Part shown: piece by piece, positions 39,124-49,050 of the stretch
Layout of the letters: each line of letters begins with the position of its first letter
How positions within the stretch are numbered: the first letter of the stretch is position 1
Source: Desulfatiglandales bacterium
GTDB taxonomy: Bacteria > Desulfobacterota > DSM-4660 > Desulfatiglandales > HGW-15
DNA: 64,000 nt
Assembly: GCA_963667015.2 (NCBI GenBank)
Contig: CAXXJJ010000004.1
Location: forward strand, 1,344,001 to 1,408,000
Direction: 5' to 3'
Program-made: the position numbers and the translations under genes
Notes under the pieces: generated by a model
Databases searched by the model: none
What the model saw: only the letters and a program-made list of their open reading frames with translations
What the model was told of the DNA's origin: nothing

Positions 39124-41328
39124 TTAGTCCCTTCTGCCTATAACATCCCTTGCCTTAACTCCGTCGGACGGACCTACAATCCCTTCCTTTTCCATTATCT
39201 CTATCATCCTTGCAGCCCGGTTATATCCGACCCTGAGCTTTCTCTGAATCATGGATATGGATGCCTGGCCTGTCTGAATAACGATATCCACTGCCATATC
39301 GTATTTTTCATCCTTTTCGAGTTCTTCCTCTATCTCGGTCTCATCCTTTGACACATGCTCAACAATGCTTGTATCATAATCGGGTTTCATCTGTTCCTTG
39401 AGAAAGTCTGTTACCCTCTTCACCTCTTCTTCGGAGATATATGCCCCGTGTATCCTTGTAAGTTTTCCAACACCCGGCGGCATAAACAGCATGTCACCCT
39501 CGCCCAGAAGATGCTCTGCACCGTTTGTATCAAGAATAGTCCTTGAATCGACCTTTGAACTCACCTGAAAGGATATCCTTGTAGGGAAATTTGCCTTTAT
39601 TATACCGGTAAGAACATCAACAGACGGTCTCTGTGTTGCGATAATGAGATGTATGCCTGCGGCCCTTGCCATCTGGGCAAGGCGTGTGATAGATTCCTCC
39701 ACATCCCTTGATGAAACCATCATGAGGTCCGCAAGCTCGTCTATAACCAGTATTATATAAGGAAGGGGTTTTCCTATACCCTCGTCTCCTCCCACTGCGG
39801 TCGCAGCCTTCTGCTTTACTATCTTTTTATTATATGCATCTATATTCCGGACCCCCCTGTCCGAAAGAAGCATATATCGTCTTTCCATCTCCTGAACTGC
39901 CCATTTCAGTGCCCTTGTGGCCACCTTCGGCTCTGTTACAACAGGGTGCAGAAGGTGGGGGATATCCTTGTATACAGACAGCTCTATGCGCTTGGGATCT
40001 ATCATGAGGAGTTTTGCCTTGTCAGGAGGCAGTTTAAAGAGCAGGCTGTTGATCATTGCATTGAGAGAAACACTCTTTCCTGTTCCCGTGGCTCCTGCAA
40101 CAAGGAGATGAGGCATCCTTACCAGATCAGATATTACAGGTGTGCCGGTAATATCCATACCCAGTGCAATGGTCAGTTTGTTGCTTGAATCCTTGAACTC
40201 ATTGGTTGAAAATACTTCCTTTAAATAGACATGATCCCGTTTGTTATTGGCGATCTCTATACCTATGGCAGCCTTGCCAGGAAGCGGTGCAACTATGCGT
40301 ACACTGGGGGCCCTGAGGGCAAGGGTAAGATCATCGGCAAGCCCGGCCACCTTGCTGATTTTAATACCAGGGGCAGGCTTGTATTCATACATGGTAATTA
40401 CAGGCCCCGGCGAAATCTCCACAACCTCACCCTGCACGCCAAAATCAGCAAGCTTCTTCTCAAGCCGCCTTGCATTCATTTCAAGGCTTTCCTTCTGGAT
40501 ATCAACCCATTTTTCACTGGGAGGATCATCAAGGAGATCGGTTGAGGGCAGTTTGAAACCGCCGGTATCCATGAAGGAAAAGGCCTCCTGTTCAGGTTTC
40601 TTATAATTTTCCCTTTTGGGTTCAACAATCTTGACCTTTGCCCTTGGTTTTTTCTTCTCCTCTTCAATTGCAATTTTTCTTACGCGGCTCTTCCTTTTCT
40701 TTTCAATTTTTTTTGTCCGGTATTCCTTGATTGTTCTGTAGGTAAAGATAAACCAGAGGGAAATCTTTGAAAAGAGCCAGCCAAGGGATATGCGGGTGCA
40801 GATCATAAATGCAATAATAAAAATGGTAATAAGAAGTACGTTTGCGCCAAAATTATTCAGCACACTGGAAAGAAAGTCAGCCGTAGAAGAACCGATCCAG
40901 CCGCCGCTTCCGCTTCCCAGTTCACCGCCCCTGTACACAACTGCTCCGGGAAACTGAAGACTCATTATCCCTGAAAAGGATATCAGCAGTATTAAGACCG
41001 CTACAAGATACCCGAATGGAGGTATCAGGGGCTTTGCACTGAATGACAGAACTGCCATGATCAGAAAAACAGCAATCAGCCAGAAAGAGGAAAAACCTAT
41101 CAGGTGAAACAGGTAGCCTGAAATATGCGACCCCACTGTTCCAAAGAGGTTATGCACATGACCGCCACTGCTTGACCTTACCCAGAAAAGCGGGTCATCG
41201 GAGTGAAATGTAAAGAGACTTACGCCAAGGACAATGGCAATAAGCAGAAAGATTATACCCCTGATCTCTTTTCTTATAGATCCGTAACCGGCTGCTTCAA
41301 TATCCGTTTTTTTTGTTTTCTTTTCCAC
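39124..41328 (-). CDS. ftsK: DNA translocase FtsK
   Basis: 4TM N-terminus, PHLLVAGATGTGKS, ATQRPSVDV, gamma domain VGYNRAAR. Confidence 0.97.
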   Translation of the reverse strand: MEKKTKKTDIEAAGYGSIRKEIRGIIFLLIAIVLGVSLFTFHSDDPLFWVRSSSGGHVHNLFGTVGSHISGYLFHLIGFSSFWLIAVFLIMAVLSFSAKPLIPPFGYLVAVLILLISFSGIMSLQFPGAVVYRGGELGSGSGGWIGSSTADFLSSVLNNFGANVLLITIFIIAFMICTRISLGWLFSKISLWFIFTYRTIKEYRTKKIEKKRKSRVRKIAIEEEKKKPRAKVKIVEPKRENYKKPEQEAFSFMDTGGFKLPSTDLLDDPPSEKWVDIQKESLEMNARRLEKKLADFGVQGEVVEISPGPVITMYEYKPAPGIKISKVAGLADDLTLALRAPSVRIVAPLPGKAAIGIEIANNKRDHVYLKEVFSTNEFKDSSNKLTIALGMDITGTPVISDLVRMPHLLVAGATGTGKSVSLNAMINSLLFKLPPDKAKLLMIDPKRIELSVYKDIPHLLHPVVTEPKVATRALKWAVQEMERRYMLLSDRGVRNIDAYNKKIVKQKAATAVGGDEGIGKPLPYIILVIDELADLMMVSSRDVEESITRLAQMARAAGIHLIIATQRPSVDVLTGIIKANFPTRISFQVSSKVDSRTILDTNGAEHLLGEGDMLFMPPGVGKLTRIHGAYISEEEVKRVTDFLKEQMKPDYDTSIVEHVSKDETEIEEELEKDEKYDMAVDIVIQTGQASISMIQRKLRVGYNRAARMIEIMEKEGIVGPSDGVKARDVIGRRD

Positions 41329-41335
41329 TTTTACT

Positions 41336-42985
41336 CTATACCGGAATTATTATTGGAAGAATTAAGGGCCCGCGGTCAATGGCCTTATAAAAGAATCTTT
41401 TTAACCGCCTTTTTATATCCGAACTGATATCGGACCATTCCATGTGTTCAAGATTCTCGACCTCTGCCAGAAAATCCAGCACCTGTTTTTTTGCCTCTGC
41501 AATAATGGTTCCCTGGGCATCTTCAAATACAAATCCCCGGGAAATGATATCAGGACCGTAAATTATATCGCCTGTCTGGTCATCGATGACCAGAAGTGCG
41601 ATAACAACACCGTCTCCGGAAAGTTTAAGCCTGTCTCTGAGGACAATATCTCCAACATCACCCAGCCCTTTTCCATCAACCAGGACTCTGCCGGTATGCT
41701 GTTTTTCACCGATCCATGCCCTGCCGCCACTGAAACATATGGTATCACCGTTTTCAGCCAGCATGTTATTTTCATGAGGAATACAGGTTACCTCTGCCAG
41801 TTGAATGTGTTTAACAAGATGCCTGTATTCACCATGAACAGGTATAAAATATTTAGGTTTTACCAGGTTCATCATGAGCTTAAGCTCTTCCTGGTAGGCA
41901 TGACCTGATGAATGGATATCAGACACCTTCTCATATATTACACTGGCACCCTTCCTGTAAAGGCTGTTTATGATGGAGGTAATTGCCTTTTCATTCCCCG
42001 GGATAAATCTTGACGAAAGAATAATTGTATCGCCCTCTTTTATGTCAATATCCCTGTGGGTCCCGTTGGCCATTCGGGTCAGGGATGACATGGGCTCCCC
42101 CTGGCTGCCGGTGGTTATGATTGCAACAGAACTGTCCGGGTAGTTTTTTACAGCCTTTTCAGTAATTTCAGCATAATCAGGTATCGCCATCAGCCCGAGT
42201 CTTTCGGCCATCGCTGCATTGGCCTTCATGCTTTTACCGCTCAGGGCTACCTTTCTGCCGTATTGTACAGCCAGGTTAATGATCTGTTGTATCCTTGAAA
42301 TATTTGATGAAAAAACCGCTATTATCAGACGACCGTTCGAATGCCGGAATATGTTCTCGAGCGTATCCTTTACATCAGACTCGCTTAATGTATACCCTTC
42401 TCTTTCGACATTTGTCGAATCGGAAAAAAGGGCAAGGACTCCTTTTTCACCATAAAAAGAGAATCTGTTGAGATCGGTATAATAGCCGTCAACCGGTGTA
42501 TGGTCTATCTTAAAATCACCGGAATGAACAAGTATTCCTTCGGGTGTTTCAATGGCAAGTCCTGCGCCGTCTATAATACTGTGATTAACGCTTATAAATT
42601 CCAGCTTAAAGGGACCAAATGTCAGGACATCACCGGCGGTTATCTTGTTTAATTTCACTTCCCCGGGCAGATCGTATTCACTGAGTTTGGCCTTTAACAG
42701 TTCAATTGTAAAGTTTGTGCCGTAAATCGGGGCATTTATCTCTTTCAGCAGAAAGGGCATTGCACCGATATGATCCTCATGACCATGGGTCAGGACTATA
42801 GCGCAAACCTTTTCTCTGTTACGGACAAGATAACTGAAATCAGGAATGACCATATCTATTCCGGGCATATAGTCCTCCGGGAACATCAGACCCGCATCAA
42901 CCACAAGTATATGCCGGTCATATTCAACAACCATCATATTTAAACCGATTTCACCCAGTCCCCCAAGAGGTATTACCTTCAGCAT
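41336..42985 (-). CDS. rnj: Ribonuclease J
   Basis: PLGGLGEIG, THGHEDHIG, TGSQGEP, HSSGH, PVHGE. Confidence 0.96.
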   Translation of the reverse strand: MLKVIPLGGLGEIGLNMMVVEYDRHILVVDAGLMFPEDYMPGIDMVIPDFSYLVRNREKVCAIVLTHGHEDHIGAMPFLLKEINAPIYGTNFTIELLKAKLSEYDLPGEVKLNKITAGDVLTFGPFKLEFISVNHSIIDGAGLAIETPEGILVHSGDFKIDHTPVDGYYTDLNRFSFYGEKGVLALFSDSTNVEREGYTLSESDVKDTLENIFRHSNGRLIIAVFSSNISRIQQIINLAVQYGRKVALSGKSMKANAAMAERLGLMAIPDYAEITEKAVKNYPDSSVAIITTGSQGEPMSSLTRMANGTHRDIDIKEGDTIILSSRFIPGNEKAITSIINSLYRKGASVIYEKVSDIHSSGHAYQEELKLMMNLVKPKYFIPVHGEYRHLVKHIQLAEVTCIPHENNMLAENGDTICFSGGRAWIGEKQHTGRVLVDGKGLGDVGDIVLRDRLKLSGDGVVIALLVIDDQTGDIIYGPDIISRGFVFEDAQGTIIAEAKKQVLDFLAEVENLEHMEWSDISSDIKRRLKRFFYKAIDRGPLILPIIIPV

Positions 42986-43187
42986 TCAGATCCCCATGAT
43001 ATTGTGATTGGGCAATACCTTAATCCGAATGTGATTTTGAGTCAATACGGTTTTTGCCCATATAAATACTTGATTTAGTTGCTGGCAATATGCTAGTTTT
43101 TTGCAAGTTTTTAAATATACTCTAATAAACAGCTTCATATTAATCATATCGGCTATTAATAATTTTAATTTTGAAGGGGCAACACAC

Positions 43188-43601
43188 ATGGTAAACAAGG
43201 TCATATTACTCGGAAACCTCGGAGCAGACCCGGAAGTCAGGTACACACCCTCAGGAACCGCTGTGGCAAACTTCACGCTGGCAACAAAGGAACAGTGGAC
43301 AAGCAAGGACGGCGGCAAAGAGGAAAAAACCGAATGGCATAAAATTGTAGCATTTGGACGCCTCGGTGAGATCTGCGGTGAATACCTCCATAAAGGCAAG
43401 CAGGTTTATATCGAGGGAAGGTTACAGACAAAGGCCTGGGAAGACAGGGATGGAAACAAACGTTATACCACTGAAATTATAGCAAATACAATGCAGATGC
43501 TTGGCCCGAAAGGCCGGGACAATGACACTTCCGGCAGAATGAATGAACGCCCGCCGGTTGAAGAGCCATTGTCTATTCCTGATGATGAGATTCCCTTTTA
43601 G
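43188..43601 (+). CDS. ssb: Single-stranded DNA-binding protein
   Basis: [17 protein letters not shown]-terminal DDEIPF; start moved to ATG 43188. Confidence 0.97.
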   Translation: MVNKVILLGNLGADPEVRYTPSGTAVANFTLATKEQWTSKDGGKEEKTEWHKIVAFGRLGEICGEYLHKGKQVYIEGRLQTKAWEDRDGNKRYTTEIIANTMQMLGPKGRDNDTSGRMNERPPVEEPLSIPDDEIPF

Positions 43602-43620
43602 ATATGCGGACAAAGAAAAC

Positions 43621-43655
43621 CCGGATTATATACTGCACAGTCAGATATAATCCGG
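43621..43655. terminator. Hairpin between convergent ssb and tatA
   Basis: CCGGATTATAT / ATATAATCCGG. Confidence 0.55.
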
Positions 43656-43662
43656 ATATGTA

Positions 43663-43875
43663 TTAATCGTTATCTTTTTCAGTTTCAGCTTTTTTTTCGT
43701 CTTCTTTATAGGAAATTTCATCAGGCTTTTCACTCTTGTCAGTTGTTGCCTTTTTAAAATTTCTTATTCCTTTTCCAATTCCACTGCCTATTTCAGGAAG
43801 TTTACCAGCCCCAAAGATAATCAGAATTATTATCAGGATAATTATAAGTTCCGGCATGCCAATACCAAACATCAT
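43663..43875 (-). CDS. tatA: Twin-arginine translocase TatA/E
   Basis: [25 protein letters not shown]. Confidence 0.93.
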   Translation of the reverse strand: MMFGIGMPELIIILIIILIIFGAGKLPEIGSGIGKGIRNFKKATTDKSEKPDEISYKEDEKKAETEKDND

Positions 43876-43999
43876 TTTCCTCCGATTAAAGCGGCCCTCA
43901 GTGTGACCGAAAATGGATAAACTTCCAAAAAAAACGGAAGTTATTGTTCAAAAAAAGTTTAAATAGCACCAAAATCACTATAAGTCAACAAACTGTTGG

Positions 44000-44872
44000 C
44001 TAGTGTTTAACCTTATCAAGCATCGTCTGACCAAGTTTGCCAAGGTCCTTGGCCACAGAAATTCCGGCCGCCTCAAGGGCCTTTATCTTATCCTCGGCCT
44101 TACCCTTTCCACCGGAAATAATAGCGCCGGCATGCCCCATCCTCTTTCCGGGAGGTGCGGTCTGACCGGCTATAAATGCAACAACCGGCTTATTGAATTC
44201 TTCCCTGATATATGAAGCAGCCTCTTCTTCAGCTGAACCTCCGATCTCGCCTATAAGTACAACACCCTCAGTTTCCGGATCTTCCCTGAACATTTTCAGA
44301 TGATCGATATAGGATGTTCCAACAATAGGATCACCGCCGATACCGATACATGTAGACTGCCCCAGCCCCACCTTTGTCAGTTGATCCACTACCTCATACG
44401 TAAGGGTACCGCTTCGGGATATGACTCCAATGGTACCCTGTTTATGTATATGGGCAGGCATTATGCCAATTTTTGTCTTGCCCGGGGATATAATACCCGG
44501 GCAATTGGGACCGATCAGGGTTATCTCCTTTCCCCTGATAAAGGCAGCAACCTTGACCATATCCGTTACAGGTATCCCTTCTGTTATACATACTATCAGC
44601 CTTATACCCGCTGCAGCAGCCTCAAGAATAGTATCAGCAGCAAATGGAGGAGGGACAAAAATACATGAGACATTGGCACCTTTCTTTTCTACTGCCTCAT
44701 GTATAGAATTTAAAACAGGGACTCCTTCAACACTCTGCCCGCCTTTTCCCGGTGTAACACCGGCAACTACCTTTGTGCCGTAGGCAAGCATCTGTTTTGT
44801 ATGGAATGTCCCTTCCCGTCCTGTAATACCAGAAACTACAACCTTTGTATTTTTATCAACGAGTATGCTCAT
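44000..44872 (-). CDS. sucD: Succinate-CoA ligase alpha subunit
   Basis: [21 protein letters not shown]. Confidence 0.97.
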   Translation of the reverse strand: MSILVDKNTKVVVSGITGREGTFHTKQMLAYGTKVVAGVTPGKGGQSVEGVPVLNSIHEAVEKKGANVSCIFVPPPFAADTILEAAAAGIRLIVCITEGIPVTDMVKVAAFIRGKEITLIGPNCPGIISPGKTKIGIMPAHIHKQGTIGVISRSGTLTYEVVDQLTKVGLGQSTCIGIGGDPIVGTSYIDHLKMFREDPETEGVVLIGEIGGSAEEEAASYIREEFNKPVVAFIAGQTAPPGKRMGHAGAIISGGKGKAEDKIKALEAAGISVAKDLGKLGQTMLDKVKH

Positions 44873-44973
44873 AAAAAATCCCCGTATTTTTTGCTCATTT
44901 GAGAATACTTTTTATTATAAACAAGATACCTGCAGGGACCACATAATGTCCCTGTATACCTTAGCGTTTAATA

Positions 44974-46140
44974 TCATGCAATCTGCTGTTTAACCAGTTC
45001 GGCCGCTTCAGTCATATCTGATGCCACCAGGAATTTAAGGCCTGAACCTTCCAGGATTTTTCTTCCCTCTTCCACGTTTGTTCCCTCCAGCCTGACTATA
45101 AGAGGTACACTTATATCCTGTTTTTCAGCTGCAGCAAGAACTCCCCTGGCAAGGACATCACATCTGAGGATTCCCCCGAATATATTAATGAGAATGGCTT
45201 TTACCTTTTCATCTTCAAGGATTATCTTAAAGCCGTTCTTTATCATCTCCTCATCTGCCCCGCCACCGACATCTAGAAAATTCGCAGGCTCTGCTCCTGC
45301 CATTTTTATAACATCCATGGTGGCCATGGCAAGGCCGGCGCCGTTAACCATTGCACCGACATTACCATCAAGGCGGATATAATTAAGATTATATTTTCCA
45401 GCCCTTACCTCAAGCGGATCTTTCTCACGGTCATCATCCAGGCCTATCAGATCCTTGTGCCTGAAAAGGGCATTATCATCCAGATCCATTTTTGCATCTA
45501 CGGCAAGGACCTTTCCCTGTTTAGTAATAACAAGCGGATTAATTTCTGTAAGCGAGCAATCAAGGCGAATGAACGAATTATAAAGGTTTTTCATTACTGA
45601 CATCAGTTCCTTGATAACCCCTGCTTCCGGGAGAGGATCCAGCGCATAAACAAGGTTACGTCCGTTATAGGCCGACCATCCTACTGCCGGATCGATGTAC
45701 TCTTTCAGAACAAGTTCGGGATTCGTTTCAGCAACTTCTTCTATATCCATTCCACCTGATTGACTGAATATCATCACCGGTCTTGCAGATTGCCTGTCAA
45801 TTGTTACGGCAAGATAGAGTTCCCTGTTGATTTCAACGCCTTCTTCAACGAGTACCTGGTATACCTTTTTACCTTCAGGCCCCGTCTGCCTGGTTACAAG
45901 CGGTGTGCACAATATTTTTCCGGCAGCTTTTTTTACTTCCGAATGACTTTTAACAACCTTAACTCCTCCTCCCTTGCCGCGCCCCCCTGCATGAACCTGT
46001 GCCTTTACGACCCAGGGAGGCCCGCTCAAACTCTCTGATGCTGCTTCCGCTTCCTTGGAGGTCATTGCCAGTATACCGTCGGGTACAGGAATACCTGATT
46101 TTTTAAATATTTCTTTTGCCTGATATTCATGGAGTTTCAT
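44974..46140 (-). CDS. sucC: Succinate-CoA ligase beta subunit
   Basis: LHEYQAK, KAQVHAGGRGKGGG, NGAGLAMATMD, NFLDVGG. Confidence 0.97.
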   Translation of the reverse strand: MKLHEYQAKEIFKKSGIPVPDGILAMTSKEAEAASESLSGPPWVVKAQVHAGGRGKGGGVKVVKSHSEVKKAAGKILCTPLVTRQTGPEGKKVYQVLVEEGVEINRELYLAVTIDRQSARPVMIFSQSGGMDIEEVAETNPELVLKEYIDPAVGWSAYNGRNLVYALDPLPEAGVIKELMSVMKNLYNSFIRLDCSLTEINPLVITKQGKVLAVDAKMDLDDNALFRHKDLIGLDDDREKDPLEVRAGKYNLNYIRLDGNVGAMVNGAGLAMATMDVIKMAGAEPANFLDVGGGADEEMIKNGFKIILEDEKVKAILINIFGGILRCDVLARGVLAAAEKQDISVPLIVRLEGTNVEEGRKILEGSGLKFLVASDMTEAAELVKQQIA

Positions 46141-46800
46141 AAGCGTCCTCTTAATATGGGTTATATATGGACGATTTGTTTATTTCGTATTGAATTGTAA
46201 ATGTCAAGCGCTTAAGGGATTCGTGCTACAGGACATTACACAAATCTTCATACTAATCAACATTACCTGTTTTACCTCAAATCCTTAGTATCAATAATTT
46301 GATTAACAATATCATAATAATCCATTTTTTAAGAAATATATTACATTTTTTTAAATTTATTTAAAGTAACTGCCTTTTGAGCCGATAACTATATACTAAG
46401 ATGAACAAATATATGGGAGATTTATTTTAGAGTTAATAATAAGAAGATATACAAATTAATAATGCAAGTATTTTCAGTGTATTAAATAAATAACACTGAT
46501 TAACAGATGATTGGTAACATTCACATTTCTGTTAACCAAATATTGATATGCTTTGATTTTATAGCTGTTTTCTATCTCTGCACCTGTTTTATACCCACTC
46601 TTTTTCGCTGTTTCTGAAATCAATTAGCTTCACCGACTGTTTTTAAAAAATCAACTGTTTCAAATAAGCTGCATATTTATATCTGAATATTATTTTTAAG
46701 CTAAAATTATTTTTTTGGGGAAGGAGGTTAATTAACAGGGCCTAATTCCTGTAAAATATTAACCTTGTTTCAGACAATTTAAAGTGGAGGAGACTTAATT

Positions 46801-47247
46801 ATGAGATATAAATTAAAAACCAAACGATTTTTTATTATGCTTGTTTCATTTGCAGTCTTAATTTTTGCAGAATCATATGCAATGGCAAGCGATGTAGTCA
46901 TTGTTGGAAATAAAAACCTTTCAACAAAAACCATATCAAAAGAAACACTTCAAAGAATTTTTCTTGGACAGCAGACAGACTGGGAAGATGGGACCAAGAT
47001 AAAATTTGCTATTTTAAAGACGGATCAAAATGACGATATCTTTCTCAGGGAATATCTCTACTACACATCAACCCGGTTTGTACGCCACTGGCGCAGCCAG
47101 GTCTTCTCAGGAAAGGGAGAAATGCCTCCGAACCTGAAGTCCGATGAAGAGATGTTAAAGTTTATACAGGACGATAAAGGCGCGATAGGATTTGTTACCG
47201 CAGGGGCAGACACCAGCGCAGTAAAAGTTTTAACTGTCAGTAAATAA
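46801..47247 (+). CDS. Small periplasmic substrate-binding-like protein
   Basis: Signal peptide; LQRIFLG..W.DG, W..VFSGKG..P, GAIGFV. Confidence 0.75.
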   Translation: MRYKLKTKRFFIMLVSFAVLIFAESYAMASDVVIVGNKNLSTKTISKETLQRIFLGQQTDWEDGTKIKFAILKTDQNDDIFLREYLYYTSTRFVRHWRSQVFSGKGEMPPNLKSDEEMLKFIQDDKGAIGFVTAGADTSAVKVLTVSK

Positions 47248-47287
47248 TTAAAGCTAATCAATATTGAAACATATTTTGGAGGAAATC

Positions 47288-48637
47288 ATGAAAGTGAAAC
47301 ATATAATTTTATTGCTGGTCATATATCTTCTGTCAGGTTTCACCGGCGCCGGTGCAGCAGAGGTGGGAGACATCAACATACACGGTTTCATATCACAGGG
47401 ATATATAACCACTTCAGACAACAACTTTATGGGTAATACAGAAGACGGCACCTTCGAATTCAACGAGATAGGTGTCAACTTTGCCAAGGAAATGACAGAT
47501 GATCTTCGCGTTGGCGTGCAGCTCTTCTCAAGAGATCTTGGTAACTACGGCAACAATGAGATAACCCTGGACTGGGCCTACGGCGACTACCGATGGAAAG
47601 ACTGGCTGGGTGTAAGAGTTGGCAAGATCAAGACTCCTCACGGCCTTTACAACGAGACAAGGGATGTGGATATGCTTAGAAACTGGATTTTCCTGCCACA
47701 GAGCGTCTACCCCGAGATCGAACGTGATGCAGCTCTTGCCCTTATGGGCGTTGGAATCTACGGAAATGCCTACCTGGGAGCCTTCGGGAGCATCTCCTAC
47801 CAGGCAATGATCGGCACCCAGAACATCGATGCAAACGAGTCACTGGCGCAGTCGCTTATGGGTATATTCATTTTTGACCCATATGTACAGGCCCAGGAAA
47901 TCGATGTTGATAAAAAATACGCCTTAAGTCTAACCTATGAAACACCCATTGCCGGTCTGCGGATTGGCGGTACCTTACAGTATGCAGAAATGAATCTCGT
48001 ATCTGACTTTGCTTACCCTGCAGGAGAAGGCTTTTACGGTGAGTTTGGTATCCTTTCTGATGCCTATGGCGGAAAATATCTCTCCGAGCTGGAATCAAAA
48101 AACTATGTTGTTTCAGCAGAATATTCCTGGAACAATCTGATGCTTGTGGCCGAGTACTCATGGTCCAACCGTGATCTGGCCATCGGCAACCTTAATGATT
48201 ACCCGGTCGATGTTGAAATACCAAATTTTGCAACAGAAGATCAGGATGATATGGTACCATGGGCAGGCTATACCGCTCCCGGGGCTCCTACTCCATACGA
48301 GACCGAAGGATGGTATGTTGGTTCGACCTACCGCTTTACCGACTGGTTTGAGCTGGGTGGTTACTACTCAGAGTACTACCCCAACAGAAATGACAAAAAT
48401 GGAACTACCGCTGATGCATTGGGACGCTATGTAGATCCACAGTACAGGGCATGGAACAAGGACATATGTCTGACCGCCCGTTTTGACATCAACGAGTTCT
48501 GGACTGTCAAGCTTGAAGGTCACAAAACAGAAGGCGTAGCCCTCCTGCCCCTGGCAGAAAACATGGACATGGAAAGTCAGCACACCTTTGTCAAAGACTG
48601 GGAAATGTATACAGCCAAGGTTACCTACAGTTTCTAA
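47288..48637 (+). CDS. Outer-membrane beta-barrel/porin-like protein
   Basis: Signal peptide, IHGFISQG, LDWAYGDY, C-terminal YTAKVTYSF; RBS GGAGG before ATG 47288. Confidence 0.8.
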   Translation: MKVKHIILLLVIYLLSGFTGAGAAEVGDINIHGFISQGYITTSDNNFMGNTEDGTFEFNEIGVNFAKEMTDDLRVGVQLFSRDLGNYGNNEITLDWAYGDYRWKDWLGVRVGKIKTPHGLYNETRDVDMLRNWIFLPQSVYPEIERDAALALMGVGIYGNAYLGAFGSISYQAMIGTQNIDANESLAQSLMGIFIFDPYVQAQEIDVDKKYALSLTYETPIAGLRIGGTLQYAEMNLVSDFAYPAGEGFYGEFGILSDAYGGKYLSELESKNYVVSAEYSWNNLMLVAEYSWSNRDLAIGNLNDYPVDVEIPNFATEDQDDMVPWAGYTAPGAPTPYETEGWYVGSTYRFTDWFELGGYYSEYYPNRNDKNGTTADALGRYVDPQYRAWNKDICLTARFDINEFWTVKLEGHKTEGVALLPLAENMDMESQHTFVKDWEMYTAKVTYSF

Positions 48638-48666
48638 CAGGCTATAGTTAAATTAATCTAACCTTT

Positions 48667-48707
48667 ACCATCAACCGGGGAAAGATTTTCACCGGTTGAT
48701 GGTTTTT
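48667..48707 (+). terminator. Intrinsic terminator
   Basis: ACCATCAACCGG / CCGGTTGATGGT plus T run. Confidence 0.7.
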
Positions 48708-49050
48708 CTGAATGATATCAATGCTGCTTTCCCGACTGCTTTTTATCTTATCTTTAAAGACTAATCAGGACGAATAAATATAACCTTGAAGCCGGTATCG
48801 ACCTCTGATATACTTTTTTTCATTTATTCAGGGCAGTTTTGGCGATTTGGATATTCTTTTTCTTGTTACCTTACCTTGACTCCAGACACGAGAAAATCAT
48901 CAGACATCCAACCAAATGTATCCCTTGCATTGCAAAAAGCATGAATGCCCGAAGAAACATCTATTTCATGGGTAATAATTCATGGAGAACAGGGTTATAA
49001 CAGTAATAAAAGTAATTATATTAGTCCCAAAATGCGGATGAGGATAGATA

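Noticed and set aside
42986..43399. 137-aa ORF antisense to ssb, and similar antisense or overlapping ORFs across the track
   Set aside because: Shadow frames of well-supported genes
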